Shown here one piece after another: positions 44,257 to 53,348 of a stretch of 64,000 bases of DNA (position 1 is its first letter; every line of letters starts with the position of its first letter). The position numbers and the translations under genes are program-made. Under the pieces are notes generated by a model. The model ran no database searches. It was not told the origin of the DNA and saw only the letters and a list, made by a program, of their open reading frames with translations. This stretch comes from Diplonema japonicum (Eukaryota > Protista > Euglenozoa: Diplonemea): contig OZ025702.1 of the NCBI GenBank assembly GCA_964019335.1, forward strand, positions 62,001 to 126,000, written 5' to 3'.

Positions 44257-44513
44257 ATGCCGGCCAGCCCGACCATTGCGCGTAAGAAGTCGGAAAAGTA
44301 TGTTATTTGTGGGGGAATTTGAAGAGGGGAAAAAAAAAATAATGAATCAGGTTCAGCGGCAACATCAACAAGCGTGGACTGCAACGGAAGGAGGAGGAGG
44401 AAAAAATGCCCGTTGGCAACGTCGTCCTTGTGGTCCTGTTGTTCGTGATTGTCGGTAGTTTCTTTATGCAGTTCTTGCAGAGCCTTAACAACCAGCAGCC
44501 GATGGAGGACTAG
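44257..44513 (+). CDS. SERP1: SERP1/RAMP4 ER stress-associated tail-anchored protein (67 aa, two exons)
   Basis: Exons 44257-44297 and 44351-44513 (intron GTATGT...ATCAG) give MPASPTIARKKSEKFSGNINKRG...KMPVGNVVLVVLLFVIVGSFFMQFL, the RAMP4 pattern; absent from the ORF track. Confidence 0.88.
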
Positions 44514-44959
44514 TATAATTTAAAAAAAAAAAAAAAAGAAATTGCCCTCTTTTTCCCCCCCTTGTTCCTTCCTGTTTAATAACGTGGCTCTCGGGTTTCA
44601 CTCAGAATAATGAGGGGTTTTTCACAGCAGTGTGGTTTTTCTTCATTTCCTTGTACTCCGATGGGTCAATATGTTGCCTCCTTCCCTCTTTTTTTTTCTT
44701 TTTTTTTTTTTTTTGCCTTTCTTTTTTTTTCTGGTGTGTTGCCCCCTTCTCTCTCACAGCTTGAAAAAAAGAGTTTTTTTTATTTTATTTCCCCCCTTTT
44801 TTTTCTCACCCCCCCTCACCCCCCCTTGTTTTTTTTTTCTTGCAATTTTCTTTTCGTGATGTTGACTGGGGAAAAAAAAAGAGAGGGAAAAAAAAAAAAA
44901 AAAAAAAAAACACAGGACAAAAGCAGAACAAAAAAAAATAGCCGAATGAGAATAATATA

Positions 44960-45562
44960 ATGTCGAGGCTACTCATTTTAACGATTTTCTTACACATTAA
45001 GACATCTATGGGTGCAGTCATGGAGGTGACGGATCCCGACGGGCGAAAGGGAATATTGTCTGGGAGGGTGGTGCCGGGACCATGGGTCCGAGTGGACGGG
45101 GGAAAGGGTGATGGGTACGACTGCAAATGCAACATGCAGAGCCAATGCCAGTGCGCGACAAAACAAGCAAAAAAATACCCCACCCCTGCGTCGGTAATGG
45201 AGAAAACCTCATTCGAAGGCCCTGTTTTCACCTATGGTGTGGCCGCAAAGTTCAAAAAGAAATACTTATTGCAACACCTCGGCACCTTCCACGCTTCCTT
45301 GAAGCCGAGAATCGAGAACGCTGCCGACCAGCTCTCCGAATGGCCGACATCTCTTCTCAAAGAAACCAACCACGCCCTCCACACTGCTCAGAGGGACCGC
45401 AAAATCAAAAGCGGCCTCCCACTGCTGGACTGCTCCCCATGCGAACCCTCCGCTTCTCTTAGACGGCTTGTCGGTGAAGAAAACTGCAAAACATGTGAAG
45501 ACAACGGTATAGGGGGCTGCGGGTGTGCAGGGTTCTGTTGCTGCGAAGACTGCCCTTGTTAA
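44960..45562 (+). CDS. Secreted Cys-rich protein
   Basis: Signal peptide; CKC...CQC and C-terminal CSPC...CKTC...CGCAGFCCCEDCPC. Confidence 0.7.
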   Translation: MSRLLILTIFLHIKTSMGAVMEVTDPDGRKGILSGRVVPGPWVRVDGGKGDGYDCKCNMQSQCQCATKQAKKYPTPASVMEKTSFEGPVFTYGVAAKFKKKYLLQHLGTFHASLKPRIENAADQLSEWPTSLLKETNHALHTAQRDRKIKSGLPLLDCSPCEPSASLRRLVGEENCKTCEDNGIGGCGCAGFCCCEDCPC

Positions 45563-45731
45563 TTTGTTCCCCCCCCCGTTCCCACCCGTATTTTTTTTTC
45601 CTTTCTGAGTTCGATTTCGCGGAGGGAAAAAAAAATAATAATGAAGAAAAAAAAAAAAGGCGGGGAAGAAAAAAAAAAAAAAAAAAAAAAAAAGGTGGTA
45701 GTGGGGGCGAGGGGAAGCGACCGACACAGCC

Positions 45732-48629
45732 ATGCCGACCGCCCTGCCCGCGATCCTCGAGGCGGACCCAGCAGGGATGCTGCAGCACAACAACGACACG
45801 TTGGGTGACTATTTGCAAGCCATCACCAACGCCATCAAACTGCTGCACGAAAAAGACGTGAGCCGCGGGCTGTCTAAAAAGCGAAAGGCGTTCAACAACG
45901 TAGCATGGCTAGTGGGGACCACACGGAAGGCTGTGCTCGGGAGGTACTACAAGACATGGGTGCGCTTCCATGAAGGGAAGCGACGAGCAGTTCTGAACGG
46001 GAAGCTGAAGACTGTAGGGTGGGTGGAAAAAGAGTACCAGCGCATGACACACGCCATTCAGGACATCCTCGGGTTGCTGTCAAAGGAACGAGACGACAAG
46101 GCCATCATCCAGAGCAGCGTGGAGCGCCTTGCCATCGTCTGCAACGAGACGCAGAAGCAAATGCAACTTCTCAGCGACGAGCTCGGCGAAACCTTCCGCA
46201 ACGACCACCTCGAAGGCCACTTCAAGGCGTTTAAAGCAATCTCTTTGTCAAAGGAGCATAACAAAAACCTCCTTGCTCCCTACTTCTCTAAATTTGCACA
46301 GTATCGGCTCTTCGCGCTGAAGGTGCGGAAACGGCTCCGTGCCACTCGACACCTTCTCAAGTCCTCCGCAAGCTCCCTCCTCCGCAGCAGGCTCCGCACG
46401 TGGATGGTCTGGCTTCAAAGCGTCGTTAATCGAAAAGTGCTGAAGCGCATGAACAAGCAGACGGCCTTCGCCACCCTGCACAAGAAGACCAAAGCCAAGA
46501 CTCTTGCTACATACTACAAGAAACTTCAGCATAACGCGCTCGCTTGGAGGAAGTACCGCAAGAATCACAAGAAAGCACAGTACCTTATCACACGCACGCT
46601 GAAGAGCACTCTGCACTCCACGTTGGACAAGCTGCTGCGTTTCCCGCTTATGAAGCGCGCCTACCGAACAGAGCTAGCGGTCGCACGCGGCATCAACTCA
46701 GCAAGGGCCGAAGCAGACAGGATACAGAAGAGGGTACTCGAGATGCACGTTGCATCGCTCCGCGAGAAGAACTGCCGCGTAACGCTGCAGAAGTACTGGT
46801 TCAAATGGGGTGGGTTCGGTGGTGCGGTACGGCGGTTGAAACGGCATGCCAGGGCGCAGAGATATCTCGTAAACAAGTTGCACTCTGTGCAAAGGGCTGC
46901 GTACTTTAAAACCTGGCAGCAGTGGTGCAAGGTGAGCAGGCGCAGGCAGCGCGTGATAGACGGACCGCTTTTGAAGATACTAGCAAAGAACACAGCGCTA
47001 CTGATGCTACGGTACTACAAGAAGCTGTACATCGCATCACTGCGACTGAAGAAGAAGAAACGGCACGCCACACATGTGCGGTACCTGGTCTCGAAGTCTG
47101 CACTGCACATCGTACGACGTGCGTATGACAAGCTAGCGAAGTATGCAACTGAGGCTGTCACTAGGGGCCCCGACACAAGTGACGTCGCTAAGCTCATGGG
47201 CATCGTGGAGAACCTTGTGACACAGACTGGAAACGTGAGGTTAGGCGTCAGGAAGCAGCAGGTTCTCATAAACACGCTGAGGGTGCGGCACCTCATTGAC
47301 AAGAACAACAAGACGATCTTAAGACTGGCTTACATGAAATTCCTGCTACATAAACAGACGACCCAACAGCGGCGCAGGAGGTGGGTGGCAGGCTCGAGGC
47401 TGTCGGTGAAGAGCGGCAACACGCTGCTGCGCGACAGATACGAAAAGCTGGCGAAGTACTGTCAAAAGAGAAAAGCTTTTAAAACAAAACGACACAAGCA
47501 ACAGCAGAGTGTGGGACACATGGCACAGAGGAACTGCAAAAAGATGATAAAAAGGTACTTCAAGCAATGGACGGGAACGGTGAGGAAGAGCGGGAAGAGC
47601 AACCTTGTAGTCATGAAGCAGATCAGGGTGGGGACACGACATGCAGCGATGGCAATCTTGCAGCAGAGGGGACCCGCACCCACACGAGTATTGTTGCAGA
47701 GGTACTACGAGAAGCTATGCAGGGCAACACAACAACGTGGCGCACAACGGGCATGGGAGAAGAAACACAGAATGCGACACCAAAACCTGTATTACCTGTA
47801 CAATGCCAACATGCTTAAAAGGTTAAACAGCGCATACCAATGGTGGAAGGAATACACTGCAGCAGCAAAGTACGCATCACGAGACTCAGAAGAGGAAGTC
47901 CGAAGATGGATGGACACACAAATAAAGCTAAAAAGCCTGAGGGAGAAGCTAGTGTCGTTGGATAAAGAGGTTAGAAAAACAGAGACGACACCGAGAGATC
48001 TGCACGACGTGAATGAGAGTCTTAAAGCGCAGCTGAGTCATGTTGCAGGGAGGCTGGAGAAGGTGGAGAAGGTCAAGCCGGTAGACTATAGGGCCGAGAT
48101 CAATGAAGTTAAAACGGTTTTGAATGAAGTTACTAAAGCGGTTCGTGGGCTCGATGAGTGGAAGAATAGGGAAGCTGACAGAACAGGGGAAATGGCAGGG
48201 ACGGTGGCCGCACTGCAGCGTCAGATGAGCAACACCAGCAGCGTGCTGAACAAGCTTATTGACCGGCTTATGGCAGTTGACGAACATCTAGAAAAACTCG
48301 ATAAGCGTAGCGAGGAACGTGTCGAGCCGCCTGCTCCTGACAACTCTCTAAGGAGCTCAAAGGCCGCACTTCCAACAACTCATCTAGCTTACAGCACCAG
48401 AAAGCCAGTTGTTCCCCCTGGCCCCCCCGACCCAACTCCTACTTTGTCCGCATCTACAACTGCTAAGGTAGTCGAAGCTCGGGGTTTGCGAAACATCTCT
48501 CCTCCTCGTCACGCACGTCCCTCTCCTGCCGAGTCAGAGCACTTAACCTTGTTGCATGCCACCGGCCAGCTTACCCCTGAGAGCCAGCCCTCGCTGCCCC
48601 CAACTGGCAAGAAGCGAAATTGGGTTTAA
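45732..48629 (+). CDS. Basic helical-repeat (Sfi1-like) coiled-coil protein
   Basis: 965-aa ORF with recurring YYKTW/YYKKL/YFKQW/YEKL motifs and a C-terminal coiled coil. Confidence 0.75.
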   Translation: MPTALPAILEADPAGMLQHNNDTLGDYLQAITNAIKLLHEKDVSRGLSKKRKAFNNVAWLVGTTRKAVLGRYYKTWVRFHEGKRRAVLNGKLKTVGWVEKEYQRMTHAIQDILGLLSKERDDKAIIQSSVERLAIVCNETQKQMQLLSDELGETFRNDHLEGHFKAFKAISLSKEHNKNLLAPYFSKFAQYRLFALKVRKRLRATRHLLKSSASSLLRSRLRTWMVWLQSVVNRKVLKRMNKQTAFATLHKKTKAKTLATYYKKLQHNALAWRKYRKNHKKAQYLITRTLKSTLHSTLDKLLRFPLMKRAYRTELAVARGINSARAEADRIQKRVLEMHVASLREKNCRVTLQKYWFKWGGFGGAVRRLKRHARAQRYLVNKLHSVQRAAYFKTWQQWCKVSRRRQRVIDGPLLKILAKNTALLMLRYYKKLYIASLRLKKKKRHATHVRYLVSKSALHIVRRAYDKLAKYATEAVTRGPDTSDVAKLMGIVENLVTQTGNVRLGVRKQQVLINTLRVRHLIDKNNKTILRLAYMKFLLHKQTTQQRRRRWVAGSRLSVKSGNTLLRDRYEKLAKYCQKRKAFKTKRHKQQQSVGHMAQRNCKKMIKRYFKQWTGTVRKSGKSNLVVMKQIRVGTRHAAMAILQQRGPAPTRVLLQRYYEKLCRATQQRGAQRAWEKKHRMRHQNLYYLYNANMLKRLNSAYQWWKEYTAAAKYASRDSEEEVRRWMDTQIKLKSLREKLVSLDKEVRKTETTPRDLHDVNESLKAQLSHVAGRLEKVEKVKPVDYRAEINEVKTVLNEVTKAVRGLDEWKNREADRTGEMAGTVAALQRQMSNTSSVLNKLIDRLMAVDEHLEKLDKRSEERVEPPAPDNSLRSSKAALPTTHLAYSTRKPVVPPGPPDPTPTLSASTTAKVVEARGLRNISPPRHARPSPAESEHLTLLHATGQLTPESQPSLPPTGKKRNWV

Positions 48630-48924
48630 ACTAAAAGAGGTGAAACAAAAAAAAAAAAAAACAAAAAAAAAAGATCTAACATATTAGAGTTAATGTATGT
48701 ACACAATTTATCCCCCCCTCCCCACTCTCCCTTCCTCGACTAGATAGAGATTATTAATGCTAAACTTTTTATTTTGTATTTTTTTTTTTTATTTGCGTCT
48801 TTAGGAGGGGGAAAAACCCAACCACAGGTCCAAAAAAAAAAAAAAAAAAAAGAAAAAAAAAGAGAAGAAATCTAATCTTTAACCGGACCCTGTCTTAACA
48901 CACTTTTTAACCCCAGGGAGGGCA

Positions 48925-51558
48925 ATGGTACAGCAGTGGGTATGGCATCCAGATGCACTTGTGGAGAGCATCGACCTGGAGGTGCCAGGGAAGCCTAAGT
49001 GGTTCTCTGGGTTTGACGACAAAGTGTCGACGGCGTTCGAGAAGCTTCCAGGACAGAGGCGGCATGTAGGTAGTGGGAATGGGGGGCTCTTTTACAGCTC
49101 AGGAAAGGCTGCCTGTTTGAGACTGGTGCGGAACGGCGTGCGAACGACTGAAAAGGCTCCCACGAAGCTTACCAACCTGGTGGACATCTGTGGGTGTGAG
49201 GACTTGGTCGCGATATCTGATTTCCAAGGGCAGCTAGGCATTGGTGGGTTTGGGATGAACAAATACCCCAAGTCCCCTGATGTTGTTCTCAAGCATCCCT
49301 TTAGCACCTCTTCTCCCACATCGCCTCTCCCGCCTTCGGAGACGGCCTCCCCCCGCGTCTTCTTCACCCACATCGAGTGGCTTTCAAGCACCTCTCTTAT
49401 CGCACTCTGCAGTGACTCTTCCATTCTGGAATTCGATGTTCCCGCACTTCAAGCGCGTGCCTCGACTACCAAGACGGATGAGCCGCTGGACCTGTCCGAG
49501 GGCGTCTCCACCATCCGAGCAGCATCTGAGAGACAGCCTCTCGCATGGACCTCCCACATCACACCTAATCGGTGCAGCAACACCGTGTCCTCCATCTCCC
49601 CCGACCACACCTCCATTGAGACTTATCAGTTAGACGGCTCTTCATGGAAGCTTGTCCACAAGCTCCTTGCACACGACGGTGCCAAGGTGCACGCCGTGCA
49701 CTCCGTAGAGTGCAGCGACACCGACTACCTCGTGACAGTCAGCACCGAGCTCATCATGCGCATCTGGGACCTCAGTGATGCCAAGCATCCCGTCCTCGTC
49801 TATGACATCCACATCCCGGAGGGCAACGTCAGCAAGGACAGCACGAAGATATGCAGTTTCACCAACGGCCGGTTTGCCCTCTACTGGGAGGAAGCCATCC
49901 AGCTGGTCTTCGACCTCTCCCCCGGTAGCAAGACCCCCAAGCTTGAAGCATGGCGGCAAGACGTAGGCGGTCGCCTTGAATTGGGCTGTATCAGCGGACA
50001 CCACCAGCTTTGTGTCCTTTTCGCTGATCGACTTGCAGTCGGCTCCTTCAACTGCAGCTCCGACAACGCTGTGCAGTTCAGCAGGGGGGCGCACAAGTCC
50101 AATGTTCCCGTGTCGCCGAAAGCATCTCCTCTCCCTGTCCCCGCCTTCCAGGGGCAAGCAAGAGACGAAGAGGAGTGCAAGGCGGTCAAGATCATGGACA
50201 AACTGAGAGCCTCCCTCACGCACCTCACAGATACATGGTATGCAACGCAACACAACACAACACAACACAACACAGCAACGGTCTTGGTGCTCTGTCGGAC
50301 CGTGTCAACAGCATGACAGTGGAGCTGCATAAGGTGAACTCAGGACCGCAGCCCCGCACGCAGAAGGTATATGACGAGCTTCTGGCGGACTGCGAGGAAG
50401 TAGTTGAGAAGCTGGACACAGGCAAGGGTGTGGTGGATGAGATAGTTATGACGGTTTCGAAGCAAACTAGGGAGCTGAAGGAGGATGTCAGCAAGAAGAA
50501 GGACGCCCTCCACACAGAGCTTGAGGAAACGAAGAGGGACTTGACACCTGAGGTTAAGAAGTTCAGGGAAGACGTGTACTTGGGAATGATATCCCCCGAG
50601 CTTCAGGGGCTCAAGTACAGCAAGAAGAACAAGGCGAGGGAACTGATCGCTTCAGAGTTCGCAACGCTGCAAGAGATTGAGGTCACCACTCTAGAGGCCA
50701 TCTCCGAGTTTTCCATGACGATGCTGACAGAGCACTTCCAAACAGCACAGCAGTTGGGCACCTCTCTTGACAGCACATTCACCTCTCTCGCACAGGAAGC
50801 AACCCGGCAAGCCGCCATACCGGCTAACCAGCTCCCCGTGTGCACACCTTCCCTCTCACCTTCTCTTGATGTATGTTTATATATTTAAAAAAAAAAAAAA
50901 AAAAAAAAACCCTGAAAAACTCACCTTATCAGGAGATTCCTTCTGTCATTAAAGATTTGGAGGCGAAATACGCGCAAAGCGCGTTGAAGGGCGAACAGCA
51001 AACAATGCAAATCCTTGATGAGATGTACAGGGAAGAAGCGCATGAGGCGATGCCGAGAGATGTATGCTGACACATGAAAGGGGGAGAGGGATGACAACAA
51101 CAACGACAACACAGGATTCCGTAATGCCCGATGACAGTATCTCTGTTGCGGGGTGGGGACACGATCTCAAGACGGGATGGAGAAGGTACCTTGCGGACGG
51201 GAAGTACAACGGGTGTATCTTCCAGATCAACTCAAGCAAGGCGGATGAGCTCGAATGGTTCAGAAACGAGGTCGCGGGGAAGAAAGAAGAAGTCATTCGG
51301 TCAATCACGGTGGAGGCCTGGGTGATGTTGCTGAGGAGCACGGCTATGCAACTAGATGTATCTTGGGGGAAAAAAGAAAAGAAAAAAAAAAGAGAAAAAA
51401 AAAAACAGGCAAATCCCCATGACACCTCTGCCATTGGCTGGCTTGTCACACTTGGTTCTGAGCTGGATCTTTCATCTTTCGCCTCGGCGGATGCACAGGA
51501 GAAAGAGCCGTTGTGTAGGAATGTTCAATATGCTGAAGAGATTGCGGCACAGGTGTGG

Positions 51559-51597
<39 letters not shown>

Positions 51598-51693
51598 CAT
51601 TTTTTACAGATTCTCCCCTCTGTCCCAGCACACAGGGCTGATTTGGAAATTGCTATTATGAACTTGAATGCCAACGCGTCAATGCTAGAGTGA
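48925..51693 (+). CDS. WD40/beta-propeller + coiled coil + helical C-terminus, possibly EDC4/Ge-1/Varicose-like (six exons)
   Basis: Introns 50238-50275, 50871-50932, 51062-51114, 51358-51408 and 51553-51609 chain four ORF fragments plus a last exon. WD motif LAHDG...LVTVS...MRIWDL; architecture and C-terminal pattern loosely match EDC4. Confidence 0.7.
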
Positions 51694-52608
51694 GGGAGAA
51701 AAATAAAAGATTTTTAAAAAGATTGAGGGATAAAAAAAAAGGGAACAAGAAGTGTTTTTTTTTTTTCTTATATTATTATTATTTAGTTCGAGAAAATATG
51801 GGGAATTCTTTTTTTTTTTTCTTGTGTTAGTGTCTTCCTTTTTTATACTTTACTATAAACTGGAGGGGGAAAAAAAGGAGAGAAAAAAAAAAAAAGAAAG
51901 GTGCAGGCTGACAGACAAATGCCTGTGTTTTTCATTTTCTTTTTTCGCGTCCCAGAATTTGCCAGGCTGGACCATTTTCTGTCCGGGGGGGATTCTCCTT
52001 GAAGACCACTGAAGGAGCTTTTCGAGCGCCAGAGGTAATCCGACATTTTTCACTTTACAGTATTTCTTTTGTTTTATTTTTTTTTTGTTTCCACTTTTTT
52101 TTTTTCTTTTTGTGTGTGTTTTTGTTTGTTTTGCCGATCGATTTTTCCTTTTTTTTTTTTTTTTCTAATCACAAAAATCGGAAGAAAGAAAAAAAAAAAA
52201 AAGAAAAAGAACTGGGGGACAAGAAAAAAGTAAAAATCCGGAAACAATCATTTTCACAACGAGGGGGGGGAGGAAAACAAAAAAAGAAAGCTTAATCACT
52301 TGGGGTGGGGGGGGGGGGGGGGGGGGTCGATCGAAGGAGATGATATGAAAGGCAGGAGAGAGAGAAAAAAAAACAAAATAAAAAAGCTTTACTAAAAAAA
52401 GGGGGGGGGGTTAGGTGGGTAAACTGTATGGTAAGTCTGTGTAAGTGTTTTCTTCTTATTTATATCTGTGCCCAGTTTGGTTGCGCACGGTGCAGTAATC
52501 GGGGGGGGGGGGGGGGGATAATACCAAACAACAATTTCCCCCTTTAAAAAAAAAAAAAAAAAAAAACACTGACCACAAAAAAAAAAGGGGGAAGTGGGGA
52601 GGGTGACA

Positions 52609-53256
52609 ATGGGCAATAAAAACCCAAAGCTGAACGCCCCACAACAGCAACAAGCACCAGCTCTGTACGAAACAGAGAGGTTCAGCAGCTATGCAAAGAC
52701 AAAAAGCGAAGGAAGGGAAAGCAAGGAGGAGTGCTGCATTACTATACTAGACAACGCATCTAAATGTGTTGGGCCGCTGCTGTCTGTTAAGAGCAAAGAA
52801 ATTGTGGTCAAGCCATGGTACGAGGGGTTCAAGAAGATAGAAAAACTGGAATTTGAGTGTGAGCGGCTCGTCTTAGAAGGTGGGGGTGTCTGGGATTTCC
52901 CCTTCCTCCACACACTGACTCTCACAGGAGTGCGGTCATTCCTCTTTTGTGATGTTACTGGTGAGTCATGTGGGCACACCCATCTGGTAACTCCGAACCT
53001 TACTTCCCTCTCCCTTACAAGAGTTTCTCCAACCGCAACCAAGCAGTTGCGGTGGGCGCTTGAGGGATCAGTCGCCAGCCGTCCTATGCCAGTTCTTGCG
53101 TCGTCGGCGCTTCCCACTCCTTCCCCTCCTCGGCAGACCTTGCGCAGCCTCCCTCGGCATTCATTTCCTCGGCAAGACCCGCTTGTGCATGACCATCTTC
53201 CTCCACTCCCTCTAACCTTCCCCTCTCGCGAATGCAACCTTCCTCCTTTACCTTAG
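52609..53256 (+). CDS. Hypothetical protein, possible N-myristoylation and LRR-like segments
   Basis: MGNKNPK start; FPFLHTLTL and TPNLTSLSL are LRR-like. Confidence 0.6.
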   Translation: MGNKNPKLNAPQQQQAPALYETERFSSYAKTKSEGRESKEECCITILDNASKCVGPLLSVKSKEIVVKPWYEGFKKIEKLEFECERLVLEGGGVWDFPFLHTLTLTGVRSFLFCDVTGESCGHTHLVTPNLTSLSLTRVSPTATKQLRWALEGSVASRPMPVLASSALPTPSPPRQTLRSLPRHSFPRQDPLVHDHLPPLPLTFPSRECNLPPLP

Positions 53257-53348
53257 ATTTCTTTTTTTTTTTTTTTTCCTTCTCCCCTTTCGTTTGCTAA
53301 TGTCAACGTAGAAAAAGAAGGGAGGAGGGGGGGTGCTTAGCTTGCAAG

